Counted from the whole stretch's first letter, positions 46,606-60,294 are shown. The stretch is 61,742 nucleotides of DNA, filler included, from Sphacelaria rigidula (GCA_964200075.2; 8 parts of 8 records of this genome joined end to end with filler, not necessarily neighbours in it), one strand, 5' to 3'. Notes: generated by a model not told the origin, from the sequence alone. Numbers and translations are program-made.

Positions 46606-48613
46606 AGCACGTCCCGAAGAAATCTCACCAGGGCCAACGAAGCTTTCGGATCCCACGCCAACCCTAGCGCAACGCATATGAGCCATGCCGATAGGGATCC
46701 GCCAACCAATCCAGCCAATCGCACACGTACCTCCGGCTGGCTCCGTTGCTGCCCCAGACGAATCGTCGGTTCGAGAAAACAAGGCACCGTTTGTTTATCC
46801 TCAACTAAGTACCGGTCACTCAAGACACCACATATGCCACAGGGGAAAGACCATGAGTGCTTGAATATATCGGTGACGAACAGATGGAACACGGACTACA
46901 AGAGGTGAGCTCGATTCCTGCAAAACCCCCGTTCGGTTAGGCAAGCATTGTCTCGTCGCGTATGAACGGCTAATTTTCAAAAAAGGTTTCAAAAACAGGC
47001 ATTTTCGAAAGCCCGTTTTTTATTCCTCTCTGACTAACTTCTGCAAGTGTCAATTCTCTCATCAACGGAGAAGTTTGAGAAATCGTTCCAGTTCTCAAAG
47101 CGTCAGTTTATGAGTTTATCTAGTATTGTGTCAAATCGACCGGGCTCCGGAAATCGTCCAAGTCGTGAAACATCTACACTACGAATAGGTGCCACCGGGA
47201 AAAAACAATAAAAATCCGACCAACTGTCGGATGACACGCGGTAATACAAGACGTCGCAAGCTCACCCGCGTCCTGCTGCTGAGACACTCTAGATGCGCTT
47301 TCTCGGAACTTTCTCGTAATTCCTGTGCCGTTTTCGCTCTTCGGTCAAGCGTATTCTTCTGCCGATCCAGCTGGGATTTTTTTTCAAAGAACGTACGTCC
47401 ACACACGCACACATATCCATGTTCAGGTGACACGGCAGAAAATCAGGCTGAGATAAAAACTCCGCTTGGAGAAGAAGCCTTGAACACCCCTTCGTTATGA
47501 ACTGTGCTGCTTCTCCGCAGAGGCACGTAAATAATCGTAACACGAGCGATATCTCATCCAATATTTAGACCCATGTATTGTACTAAAGGAAGGTGAATAA
47601 TGGTCCACAACAGCATCAGCCGGATCGATCGTCAACATGGAGTTATCCATCAAAGAGTCACATTTCTGCGCGCTTAATGACAACGACTTATCCGATTTCT
47701 CCACAAATATATAGCAATAACCACGCCCAAAAACAAACAAAAGTTGACTGCTGGAAATATAAATGATCACATGGGCAAAGTGAAATCAATACTAAAAGCA
47801 CAAGAAACGAAATATTACCTCGAGGTCTTCAGTAAAGGGGGCGGAGTTTGCCTCGTAACTAAACTTACGTCACCATTTCCTCGCTCGATACACCCTGAGC
47901 ACACGCGACAGACTCATAGCGCCGATATGAGGGTGTGACGATTTGGGGTGCACATGGAAAATCGGGGATGAGAAACTTATTGCTCTGGGGTCGAAATGAC
48001 GTCTGCTCAACTATTGTTGCGGCGTATTTTGACCCATTCTTTCAACACCTTGTCTGCATTTTGATGGGGGAAACGCGATGGTTTGTCTGGAAATTGCGGA
48101 CGCTTTCAGCACACAATGACGCATTTGAACTACACGGACAAGGGTACAGCGACGAGAGACCTATCCGAAGGTAAACATAGCGTTTGGCCTCGCGCCGTAT
48201 CCCTCACCATCAAGTATTTATTTCAGTATGGAGCTTCAGCACCAAAATGCCCCCCGTTTTCAGGTTTGAAACGATGCTAACTCAGGAACGATTGCAAGTT
48301 TGTCATGGAAATAAAACAACCAGATAGCGCGTCATGTTCCAGGCTTTCCAACACGGATTGGTTCTGCGTTGAGTGATGCTACGACAGAGGTGGGATGGGG
48401 GGGGGGGGGGATTTTGGACCATTTCTCCCACGGAATTCTACCTCAACTCGTCGTTGAAAGCAGCAACGTTTGTTAGAACGCGCTTGTCACCAGTTACCAG
48501 TAAGACACACTCATCCATACCACTTGACACCATTTTCACCCCAATACAAAAGCACCGCGAGTATTTAGGTCGTCCGACACACCTGTGAGCCCATATTTTT
48601 TGTGGAATCGACT

Positions 48614-48700
48614 CCCCCCACCCATCCCCCCCAGTACCCCCCCCCCCACCCCCCCCCCCCCCCCCCCCCCCCCGGACCCCCCCCCCCCCCCCCCCCCCCC
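48614..48700. repeat. Interrupted poly-C tract (G-quadruplex potential on minus strand)
   Basis: About 85 bp, almost entirely C, directly next to a type-II repeat. Confidence 0.9.
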
Positions 48701-48701
48701 G

Positions 48702-48940
48702 ACCGTCTCGACTGGGATGCGTGGTCAATGGTCAGACGACCAAAAAAAGCAACATATGAGTACGTCCCTCCTATCGTAGCATCGACCACACCACGGTGCT
48801 TCGCGCTTGGTGATTGATTGCAAGTCTGGTCCGGCGAAAATCCGGCGTGCTCCGTCTCGGCCTTTGAGGGATGCAACGTCAATGGTCACCTGACTACGGC
48901 ATGCAAGGTCATGAGTAAACGCCCCTATCGTAGCATCACC
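48702..48940 (-). repeat. Tandem type-II plus type-I repeat ends
   Basis: Both modules end ATGAGTA..(G/C)CCC and both are followed by the same 15-mer CCTATCGTAGCATC. Confidence 0.85.
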
Positions 48941-49087
48941 CCGTGGTGCGTTCGACAAGTCGGTATTAATTCAACCCATGAGCGCAGACGACGCCCCGGC
49001 TTTTGAGGAGATTCTCTTGTTGATCCATTTGCCACGAACCCAGCACGTAGATATTCGCATGACACACACAAGACGTCCACCGTCGAA

Positions 49088-50284
49088 TACGAGCTGGGCC
49101 AGCCTAAAAACGGATGTACGCTCTCAAAGCAATATCTCATCGACATAGACGAGTTGGGCCACGATCCGCATATCGTATCAGTCGTCTAATCAAGGGGAAG
49201 GTGCCCATCTCCTCAAAAGTCTGGGCCAATATTTTCTCGTTGACTAAACCCCATGTCTAGTCATTCCTATACCTAAAGTAGATAGCGTCCATACTGAAAT
49301 CTATATGAAACCCCCGATCGATACATCCAGCGGGTGAGGACGATTTTAGGTGTGGACATTCCCTGGAGCACGAGGAGACGATAAATACCGTCACCTTCAC
49401 CTAATTCGTAATCTATCTCGAGATATGGCGCACATAAGAAATAAATATATTACGAGCAGAGGCATTAGATGAACTGAATCTGGATATCGCGTTCCAACTT
49501 TTGAGAGTTATGCTATGAAATTTCGTATGGAGAACCGACGATGCTTGATGAAGCTAAAACAAACAGGTTCTTCATTTTTTTCGTTTTTTCTTTACTTTTT
49601 TCCGATTTTAGGATAGTTTTGAGGAGAAATGAACACTGCTCTTGGGCCTTATCTCAATTTAATAGCTCAACTTGTAGAATTGTGATCTGAAACTTAAGAT
49701 AAAGAACCTCAGAGGTACGCAAAATTTGAAAAAAATGGACCCTCAATTTTTCTTTTTTGGGAAAGGTTTGGGCGTTCTCATAAAAAAATTATCGTTTCCA
49801 TACTAGAACGCCCTAAATCAGTGAAAAAATAGAAAAAAAAAACGACCTAACCCGCTTTTTTTGTATGCTCAAGCCACGGCCCACACAAAGTTTCAATGCG
49901 CAAATACCGAACGTGGGCCGGTAAGTGGCCTGCAAAATACTGTTCCGAATTTCTTCTGACCCCGTCACTAAACGTGCCATTAACCGGCCAATATTTAGAG
50001 TTGGACCCTGAAATTTGGTACGGACAATGCATAGGGCATGATAAAAACAAATACCAGCGCACACGAGGTTTTTTTCCATGAGTCAAGGGCAATGATCAGT
50101 TTTCAGGTATCAGTAAAATGCCGTTAACTCATGAAAAAAAAACTTTGTGTGCACTAGTACGGTATTTGTTTTTATTATGCCCTATTCATTGTCCATTCCA
50201 AATTTCAGGGTCCAACTCTTAATATTGACCGGTTAGTGGGCCTGCAAACTACAAAATTCGCTTCTCGGGCGGACCCAGCTCGTA
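49088..50284. mobile_element. About 1.2-kb TA-flanked TIR element with an internal foldback
   Basis: TA-CGAGCTGGGCCAGCC ... GGCGGACCCAGCTCG-TA (13/15 TIR match). Internal palindrome at 49981-50235. Confidence 0.75.
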
Positions 50285-50430
50285 GCAACAATCAACAATC
50301 GTCAGCTCTCCAAAGGCATCTTGCTTCGCCGTGCACCATCATCGCGCGGACTTCATATGTACCGTGCCTTGCGTTTCAAAAAAAGCGCAGCAACACAGGT
50401 GAAGGAGCGACTGTATTTCGCTTCTGCATC

Positions 50431-51931
50431 ACGAGCTGGTTCACGGTGAACACCCAAAATTGTGTCATCAGCAAATGCCTTCCGCGAAACGCACCCAATA
50501 GTCGCATATATGGTATCATACTGACCGCAATCAACAGACGAAGAGGGTGTCATGCCTGGAGTTTTGTTTAAGGTCGTGGCGGTGGCGCTATGGACGAAAA
50601 TGTGTCCCAACCAATCAGCGCACTTCAAACTGTTCCGAGATCGAAATTATGAATTCTAAGCCCACTTTTCACCCAATCTCCACATGCCTCAGATCTTAGT
50701 AACCGTCATCGGCACGGAAATCTAACGAAAAACACATGTTTTTTAAAAGGTCACTACGGGGGTCGAATTATAACCGTGGGGTTTCGGTGATGTCGGGCAT
50801 TGGCGTCGTCTAATTTCCACTGATAATGCCCATGAAAGACCCAGGTAGCCTTGTGACGGTGTCCCCCATATCTGTTTTAGGAAAGCTCAGATTGTCCTCA
50901 CACTTGGCAGTTCCGTAGGTATTGATGCTCCAAATGGAAAGACTGTCTTCTTGACAATATTTCATGGTTTCTCCGTTCTCTACCGGCTTCCGGGGGTCCT
51001 AGTATGAAGACCCCCGGGAGGCGGTACAGAATGCCCTAAAAAAAACAAAGGATGCGTCCTGGGATAGTCCAAGGAACACATGTACAAAGTTTGGAGGAAA
51101 AAATCGAAATTCTCATACAGCTTTTCTTGCCTCGACGTGAAAAAGTTCACCTCAAAAGACGTTTCCATACTGAAACTGAGTAGTTAGGAGTTGCACGTTT
51201 CAAGGCCACGTCCTCCACAAACCTTCACGCCGTTGTTAAGAGTTAGATCCTGAACTTTGCACACATATACTATGTATCATTGCAACACTTTCTCCGGACG
51301 AGGTTTTTTCACTCTTTGAGGTTTTTCGCCGTTTTTCGGGGGTCCCACGGGATCCAAGTCGTTTTTCGAAGTCGTCTCCATTCTGGGACCCCGGAAAACC
51401 GGAACTATGATTTTTTTCATTTTTTCGCGCAGGATTCGTTGCCGCAGAATCCGAGGAAGGGCACTACAAAAAAAAATCGCAAAACTCGATCAACTGATGC
51501 TCGAATTTTCATCTTCACGTCAAAGAAGGCCCAAAAAGGCCGTTTTGGTACAAAAATCAAGTAATTTGCGGTTTCACCGCGGTACGCCGGGGTTTATCGC
51601 ACAAAAGCGAAAAACCTCACGCCGTTTGAAGGAGTTAGACCCTGAAATTTTGCACAGCTGTTTTATGGGTGACTACGCAACTCTGGAAAAACGATGGGGT
51701 TTTTTCTTTACCGTTCTACGGGGGTCCGATTGGATCGATGTTTTTCCCGAAAAAATGGGAACCCCGAAAAACGGTGAAAAAAGTAAAAAGGTAGAATGAA
51801 AAACTCGTTCTTCGAAAGTTGCGTAATCACCCATAGAACATCTGTGCAAAATTTCAGGGTCTAACTCCTTAAAACGGCGTGAGGTTTTGCCGATGAGTAT
51901 TTTTTGGGTGTTCAACGTGAACCAGCCTGTA
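50431..51931. mobile_element. About 1.5-kb TIR element with an internal foldback
   Basis: GCTGGTTCACGGTGAACACCCAAAA on the left, inverted TTTTGGGTGTTCAACGTGAACCAGCCTG-TA on the right. Internal palindrome at 51611-51888. Confidence 0.72.
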
Positions 51932-52297
51932 GTGTGTGCCTGTGTGTGTGCGTTGTTGTCCCATCTATTCTGGGCACCGTGCTACACCTTTCGGTTTATG
52001 TGGGCGCACCAGCCGGGTTCACACAGGAGGTAGCCAACACAGGAGTTTTTTCTCCTTGTTTGCTTTAGTTCTCCCCCTTCCTTCTGCGGTGCTTGCCTTT
52101 ATTTTTTATCGCGAGAGGGGTTCAGCGGTCCCATTCCCCCGTCGACCATTAAGTCGAAAATTGTGTACCCACGACATAGTCGCTCTCCACTGATGGGCAT
52201 TATGTGAGAAAAATCCCAGATCGCTCAGAGATTCGAACCCACGACCCAACCGTCGGAAGGTTTCGAGGTTACCAACTGAGCCACCGGGGCGACCGGC
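51932..52297 (-). mobile_element. Full-length tRNA-derived SINE
   Basis: Boxes A and B intact. Anticodon-like loop TTCCGAC closed by AACC/GGTT. Confidence 0.9.
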
Positions 52298-52589
52298 TCA
52301 CTAGTAACTCGCAATACTCCATCGTACGTGCGTAGTAGTACGGCATGTACCATGGCCAATGCGACAACATACCCCCGTCGTCCATCTTGCGGACGGGGTG
52401 GGATATGACAAGTTGTCCCCATTCCGTCGGCAAAACGGGCGTCGTCGGTGAGGCGTCGTTTGGTGTCGAATCCTAAAGAGTAAGCCCGAGTCCCGACAGG
52501 AGGCAGGCCAAGAGGGTCCTCGGGTCTGGGGAGAGTCCGTCCGTCCGAAGAGTGAATTATGTTGATGGATTTCTGGCTTCATGGATTGA

Positions 52590-53430
52590 CGGATTAAGTT
52601 GTGGATTCGTTTATTTGTTGATTTGCTGATGTGCAAATTTGCTGGTGGGTTTACTCATTTATTGTTTGTTTTGTTCATTTGTTGATTCATTGATTTGTTG
52701 GTTTATTGATGAATTGGTTTACGGATGAATTGATGTATCAATTCATTGGCTTATTGGCGATTTGGATGAATGCTTTGTTAATTTACTGATTTGTTGATGT
52801 ATTGACTTATTGATCTATTGATCTATTGATCTACTGATCTACTGATCCATTGATCCATTGAACTTTCGATTTATTGATTTACTGGTTCTTTGGTTCATTT
52901 ATTCTTTGATTTATTGGTGTATTGGTGTATTGGTTCATTCGTTTATGGATAACTTGATTATCCGATTCGGTCGTTTATTGGTGATTTGGTTCATTGATTT
53001 TCTGGTTCATTGATTCGTTGATTCATTGGTTTCTTCACTTGATCATTTTTTGGTTGATCGATCTGTTGATATACTGGTTTGTTGATGTACGGAATCATTG
53101 ATCTATTGATCCATTGACCCCGTGTCTTTTTGATTCACTGATTTATTTACTTGCTGAATTGTTGACGTGTGTTGACTACTTTGTTGACTCATTGATTCAT
53201 TGGTTCATTGATTTATCGATTAATTGAAGAATCGATTTATACATTTGTTGATTCCTTCTCTCACTGATTTATTGAGTCATTGGCCCGTTGATCTGTTGGA
53301 TCATTGATTCACTGATTCGTTCGTTGATCCATTGGTTGAGTGATTGATTGAGAGATTTCATGATTCGTTCGTTCATTCATTCACTGCTCGAGTGATGGTC
53401 GATCGATTGATGGTCGATCGGTTGATTGAG
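52590..53430. repeat. Long degenerate 4/8-mer array (ATTGATYY-like)
   Basis: About 840 bp of TTGA/TTCA/TTTA/TTGG tetramers, with near-perfect ATTGATCT and ATTGATCC runs at about 52810-52860. Confidence 0.88.
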
Positions 53431-54013
53431 GGTCTCGGAGGGACTGTTTGGCTACGAATGCAACCGCCGACAAACCTCCCCGATTCACATAAATGCATGG
53501 AAAACCCGCCGTTTCGATCGGTGTGTATCAAATTTCACATTTTTTCTTCAACCAGAGTCACACTGCATCCACCAAATATTGCCACTGCATGCCGAAACAT
53601 TCTCTCAGATACAAGAGCAAGTCATTATGATGTGACATTCCCCGCCTGGCCATTTGTTCACACGCAAAATGCTGTAGAAGTGTCGGAAAATGTTCTTCTT
53701 TTTGATCGGTCTGCCGTCTGCCATCATGAGAGGTGGCTTAAAACCTGACTGCCACGCACCATCCCTCTGGTCGTGCTCACAGGGTTAACCATCGCCGTGG
53801 CTGACCGCCTGAGGGTACGCTTCAAAGTATGTGTTTTTCTTCGATTTTCATTTAGGAAATTAGAACAGGAAAATATGAGAAAAAAGTGGGGGGGGGGATC
53901 GGTCGATGAAGTGCACTGTTCTCTGCAAAAAAAAGGGGGGGGGGGAATTTCCAATTGGGAAGTTTCCTACCGAAACCAATTACCCGGCGCCTCCTCACCC
54001 TTGAATCAGAAAA

Positions 54014-54113
54014 NNNNNNNNNNNNNNNNNNNNNNNNNNNNNNNNNNNNNNNNNNNNTTAATTAATTAANNNNNNNNNNNNNNNNNNNNNNNNNNNNNNN
54101 NNNNNNNNNNNNN
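54014..54113. other. Artificial contig linker
   Basis: Same 100-bp linker. Contigs 7 and 8 are 7629 bp each. Confidence 0.98.
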
Positions 54114-55162
54114 ATATGACCCATGATGAACAACCGCCGCGGTTAAACAGCTAAACCCTTTGACGGCGGAGCCAGTCATCTGTTGAATCGACATCAATTT
54201 CACCTGAAAATGTATGCTTGATTGCGATGACCGATGCTTGCAGTCAAAGGGTCAACCCTTTGACCGCGAGATTAGGTCACCTGCTGAATCGGCATCAATT
54301 TCACTGGGAAACGTATTATGATCCAGATGGGCTACCCGCATCGTGGTCTGAGGGTTAACCCTGTGACCGTAGTCAGATAGCCGTGGTCGGTGGTGGTGCG
54401 CGACGCCACGTATGTTGACAATTATCTCTTCTGCACACCATTTCAGTCACTTACTTGCTGTACTGCATTGTATGACTGTATATGACCCATGAACAACCGC
54501 CGCGGTCATGCGGTTAACCCTTTGACGGCGAGAGTAGGTCCTCTGTTGAATTGGAATCAATTTCACCTGAAAAGGTATTCTTGATTCCGATAACCGACCC
54601 GGTCACCTGCAATATCACGATCAATTTCACTGGGAAAGTATGCGTGATCCAGATGGACTACCCGCATCGCGGTCTGAAGGTCAACCCTTTGACCGTCAGG
54701 GTAGGCCATCTGGGCCATTGACGATTCAATAAATGATCCATTATATGTGGTAGAGGTCACAGCATCAGATTATTTCCCATTATTTTTAACCCTTTGGGCA
54801 CTGGATTCTCAGAAGCATGCGGTTTGCACGCAGCGGCCTTTTTGTGAATCAGCAACGTTTTTACTTGAAAACGAGTGAAAATGATGCCGATTCACAAAAG
54901 GCCCCTGAGTGCAAACTCTACATTTTTGTGGGGATCCGGTCCCGAAAGAGTTGGCCCTTTGACGGCGAGGGTAGGTCAGCTGCTGAATTGGCATCAATTT
55001 CACTTGAAAACATATGCGTTATCCAGATGGACTACCCGCATCGCGGTCTAAAGATTACCCCTTAGACCGCGAGGGTAGTCCATATCTGGATCATGCATAC
55101 TTTTTTCGAGTGAAATTGATGGCGACTCAACAGATTACCTACCCTCGCCGTCGAAGGGTTAA
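54114..55162. mobile_element. Cluster of about 100-bp piggyBac-like MITEs
   Basis: Units read (TTAA)CCCTTTGAC(C/G)GCG...CGCGGTC(T)AAGGG(TTAA), in tandem and inverted. A larger duplication has about 366-bp spacing (54114 and 54480). Confidence 0.78.
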
Positions 55163-55261
55163 CACGACACATGCACCAGCACACTACTCGTATCAACGTT
55201 TTCGTGATTCTGAGAGTAGAGCGCTGATTGAGAGTAGATTTGATCAATCGCTTCAACTTAG

Positions 55262-55432
55262 CCAATTCTTCATTCCGTGTGTGATGTTCTTTCCCTCTAT
55301 CACTGACGTGTGCTTACAGCTACACGTCAATATCCTACTCAGGGATGTCATGAGCCTCAGTGCCAAGCTACTACAGCAGGCATATTGGGCCTCGTGTACG
55401 GGCATTTCGGAACTGAAACGAAGCATTCACTG
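55262..55432 (+). repeat. Unclassified dispersed repeat
   Basis: Homologous to 37010-37180(-). Confidence 0.8.
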
Positions 55433-55904
55433 ATTGACCGACTTTCACTCTCAATATCACGGAAACACGGTTTCGTATATCCACGCATCTATATCCGAGC
55501 GCACCGAGCAAGCCACGGCCACTGCGCTCTTGGGGACAGTACAAGAGTCGTACAGTGAGATGAAGCAAAAATGGCACAGTACTACAGTACACACGCAGTT
55601 GCAAATAGTGTAGTGTACTATGTTCGAACATCTAATTGCCAGAGAATGAAATTTGTCGCGTTGAATTAAATGATGTAATCCACTAGTCGTTTTCTGCGTC
55701 ACGAAGGGCGTTTTGTTTTTTCAAGTACCCGGGAGCAGCTGTGGTTTGGTGCCCAACACATGGGGCATACCTTTCGATATATGTACGACTAGTTCAGCCA
55801 CGAACCAAAGCTTGAACGGAATCGTTCAATCGTTTGACCGCGAGGGTAGATAGATCATCTGGCAATGATAATATGTTTCCCAGATTCAGAACGGATTTTG
55901 CTTT

Positions 55905-56232
55905 CGGAACGGGAGGTTTTTCGTTATTTATAACAAGGCGGTCTAATCGCCCGAAACGGCCGTCACCCCCCTGAAGGCCCGTGATCTGAAGGGAGTTGGG
56001 CGCAATCAGATTTAAAATCGCGGTGGCGCCTTCCATGAGATACGGCTGAAATGTGCATTTGTTTTCCCCCCTAATTTGGACACATTTTTCCTTATAACTC
56101 TGTTCTGACCAAGTCTAATTCAAATATTCTCGCACCACAATTCCCGTCAGATAACGGGCTTTCAGCGGAGTGACGGCCGTTTCGGACGATTCGACCGCGT
56201 TGGTGTAAACCACGAAAAGCCTTCCCTTCCGT
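55905..56232. repeat. Foldback MITE-like inverted repeat
   Basis: About 95-bp imperfect arms (aatcgcccgaaacggccgtcacc..ctgaaggcccgtgatctga with tcagataacgggctttcag..gtgacggccgtttcggacgatt). Confidence 0.82.
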
Positions 56233-58472
56233 GAAAAAACCCCCAACTAATATCACAAACATGTTGTTCTATGTTTTCATTTTCCAAGTTAATTTGATGC
56301 TGATTAAACATATGACCTATCTTTGCTCGTGGTCAAAGGTTTGATATTGGGAACAGGTGGAGTACTGCAGATCGTTCTACTGTTGTTACTCGTGACGGCG
56401 TTTGGCGTGATTTTCCCCCTGAAGATAGACCGAATACTTTGCAGAATCTCTACTTGGTGGTGTTTGCTTGCGTCTCGGATGTTTCCGACTGTTTGTTTGG
56501 ATGGTGGATGTTGTTGCGGGATGTGCATCGTCTTTGGCACCGTCTTTGGCACTGATGAAACTCTCGTGATACAAGAAGAACCACTAAATGTACTGTATCG
56601 CCATGTACCTGATGTGCGGTGAGAATGGGTCACGAAATCGTCGCGCGAAAACTCAAGCGGTATCAACATCATTTCTCCAAAAAAGCCTTACGTAGTACTA
56701 ATACAATATGCCAGGGGATTCAGCGCCATTTTTCCTCAGGGTACAAAAGTAGCACGAGTAGTTCGAGGCTTTGCCGATTGCCACATTTTGAAAAGTCGAT
56801 CTGTGCTTTTCCGAGAGGGTTCCAGCGCCCGTTCCGATCTTTTCGTACGTCCACTTTGACTTTTAGCCGATAATTTTAGCCTTTTTTGGTCACTTGCGAA
56901 ACCGTTTTCGTGGACTGGTCGACAAATTATTCATCCGGCCAAAAGTCGAACCGGGCGCACGAAAGTTCGGAAAAGTGGGCCATAATCCTCCCAGATAATA
57001 CAGTGGCAATTCTTCATGAGGTGGCATAATCCACCGAACCACGTATGCCAGCGGAAATCGGCACTGAATCATCAAACAGGCTTTTTCGGAGAGATTATTC
57101 GTTGGACACAAGTAAGCGGCTTCACACGATTCATCCATCCCTCGCTCCCATGCCAAGCAACGACCCCGTGGAGTGAGCAAGATGATATTGCCTGCACGTG
57201 TATGCCGGTCCGAGCAAGAGTCAATATAATCTTCTTGACCTCCCTGTGAAACGGCGAGGCAGTCGGAAAGGTCAAGGTGCCGTTGACCGGTAGCTATGTA
57301 CTGGAATTATCCAGCAAAATTACAGAGCTTCGGGGGAAACAAATTCTGAGCATAATCGTAGTGCAGAATTGAAGCGTTAAAACTTCATTTCATATTGGAA
57401 GGTGATATGACGTGGCTTGACGTCGATTTTTTCGGTCGCAGTGATCAGTCGCAGGTCTTACCGACTCATGAGTACTTCGAAAACAGACGAATGGACCAAT
57501 GCGCATCGGTACAGGGGAGTTACGATAGCGCACCTACTGCATTGTTGAAATTGCTACGGTCAACACACAGTGCTGCTACTGAGAGTAGTTAAGGTGCATC
57601 CCAGTGCGGTGCAGTAGAGTACAGTGCAATGCAAGCTCGATAGTAGACTACCGCGGGACAAATGAATCAAAGTGGGGTATGTACTGTAGCAGACAGTAGC
57701 TACAGAGGAGCAAAGGACTGTACAAATAGTACGGTGCACAAGTGCATTGCAGTGGTAATTACAGTACGTCCAACTGAATAACAGGGCAAGCCGCAAGTAC
57801 CCGACGTCGCAACATGGTGTCACCCTAAATCACGGCAGGCTTCGCTACATTCATCAGCAGTACAGCACTACCTCGGTGTAATTTCCCAACGTTTTTTTTT
57901 CAATTTTGAGGAGTTAAGCAGGCCATGACTTTGAAACAGATAAATGCCCTATGCTTAAATCAAGTTGCGCACTTCAGTGCACATGTTACCCCGCGGGCGC
58001 GGAGCCCTGCTGGCAGGTAACTTTTGCAACTAGATGGGGTTCATTTTTTTCGCTGGCAGGTGGTCTGATTTCGCTTGCACGGGCGGTTCTACGCCCGCTG
58101 TGGGTATTGCCTGCTTATTGTGATGTGGGATTGAAAATGTCGATCGTAGTCACTGCGGTTACGGGCGTTTTTGCGGTGCAATAGTGCTGGACTCATGGTT
58201 GCAAACACTGGCGTGTGTCCGTCACGAGTCTTTGTGTCCCCGGGTGATTGGGCGGCGCAATAATATCTTGTCTAATGGTACGAGTGTCCCCGGGTGTGTG
58301 TTCATCGACGGTGGACGATGTTTCCTATTCCTTGCTGTGTGTGGAGAACGTGAATGCGTGTCTCCGTGTGTGTTCTTCGACGGTGGAGGTTGTCGTTTAC
58401 CCGTTCCTGCAGGTACGATTATACATCAATAAACCTCTTCTTCATATCCTGCTCCCGGGGCATATGTCACCA

Positions 58473-58739
58473 TACGAGCTGGGCCAGCCCAGAGGCGGAT
58501 TTGTAGTTTGCACGCACATTCGTCGGCCAATATTTTGAGTTGGACCCTGAAATTTGGTGTGGACAATGAACAGGGCACAACGAAAGAAATTACGATGTAC
58601 CCATTTCTCTTTTTTCGTGAGTTGAGGACATTTTACCGTTACCTGAAAACTGATTATTTCCCTTAATTCATGATGAGAAACAAATCTTAGGATACATGCG
58701 TAATTTTTTCATGTACCCTGTGCATTGTCCATACCAAAC
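58473..58739. mobile_element. Foldback MITE, same family as 49981-50284, truncated on the right
   Basis: Starts TA-CGAGCTGGGCCAGCC and carries GAGTTGGACCCTGAAATTTGG. The centre is the reverse complement of 50090-50120. Confidence 0.8.
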
Positions 58740-60294
58740 ACACGAGAGCCTCGAAAAAGACGGACGGGACCGAGGCGCAGCCCCGGGTGAAGCATGCTTG
58801 TCCAGAATAGGGTTGCACACTGACTACCAAAGAAGGGTTGATTAATTGGACGTACGAAAAAAATGAGGCGTTTTCGTCATGTAACGCCATCTTCATGCCT
58901 GCGGCGTGCGGGAGCAAGTGATGGACCTACTCAAGTCGACACTCACGGCTACAGCAGATCCACACAGCATTGTCCACACATGGCAGTAGCAGCACAAAAC
59001 AGACCGCACGCCACACAGCACAGCAGCAAAGCAGTACGCTCAGGGTTACACGCAACTCCACAACATGAGTGGCGCGGTCCGTCGTGGTGCAGGTGCTGCA
59101 TCCGCGGCCGGCCATTCCGCATCGGAGTGTTCTCCCTCACTTGAAAGCGGTCAAGGTGGAGATACAACCGATTATGCCTTGTCGATGGCACCGTTCATTT
59201 TTAATGTCGAGGGTATGGGGTGTCTTGAAATACTGCTTGCAGGGCACCGGTTCCATGTCGAGTGCCTCGAGTACCTACCAGCAGCCCGGGTAAGTTTGGC
59301 AAGGCGTGATGTATTGTGGCTACTTTGGCTACTGGCTGTCGACACCGTGCGCTCCTGTGCATACATGTGTGTGAACGTGGCCGCCATCCGAGGTCATCGT
59401 GACAGAGTGGGCAAGAAGCAGAAGGCAAATATACGAATGTCGCAAAGCCCACCAGACTTTTCGTGCTTGTCCGTGTTTCTTGATCAATTTCTTCAACAAT
59501 ACTCAACAAAAAAATATCACAAAAATCATTATGTTTTTCGAAAAGGTGCCCGCCGACAGCGGGGGGGGGGCTGCGTGTCCGGAACATTTCTCACGCCAGA
59601 CCCTTGTTGACACTTCCAGAATAACCCATTGATCGGGTACGCGAAAATTCAAATCCCGCACACCAATGAACCCCCCCCCAGCCCCCACCCCCACCCCCCC
59701 GGAGGCCCGACAAAACTTTTCTTCAGTTCACGTTTCCTTTCTTTTACCCGTATAATGCACGCTAACCCTCAAACACGTACCAAGTACTCACGACTCGTAC
59801 TTGTCGGAAACACCTGCGTGCTGCTGTGGGCTGGTTGGCTTGGCTTCATCTGACGTGGTTGTGGTTGGAGACGATCCCCGACCAAGACCACCCCCTGCGA
59901 AGACCTTGAACAAAAGATGCAAAATAAAACAACCATAACTCGCATCTAATAAGCTGCTTGTGTAAATCGGTAAAAGCGGAAGGAGCTCATGATGAGCACC
60001 CTCGTCGCTAGTTCTAGTTTAAATGCAGCTGCAGGTTAATCGACCGTATAAACTGGTCCAGTTAACAGCCCTGACAAACCTTTTTTTATACTTTTGCGAT
60101 GTCTTCACTCATTCTTCATGTTTTTTTATTCCCTTTATTATTTTTCTTGACTTATTTCTGTATTTTTCTGACATTTATTTTATTTAATATTTTCTTATTT
60201 TATTTGTATTTGTTTGTTTTTATTTTTTATTCACATTTCTGCACCTCCGTATCTGGTGGGTATGTGTATCGTATGCTACCCCCCACACACACAT

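Noticed and set aside
48438..48817. Poly-Pro / poly-Gly ORFs (extensin- or formin-like)
   Set aside because: They are translations of a poly-C tract next to a dispersed repeat.
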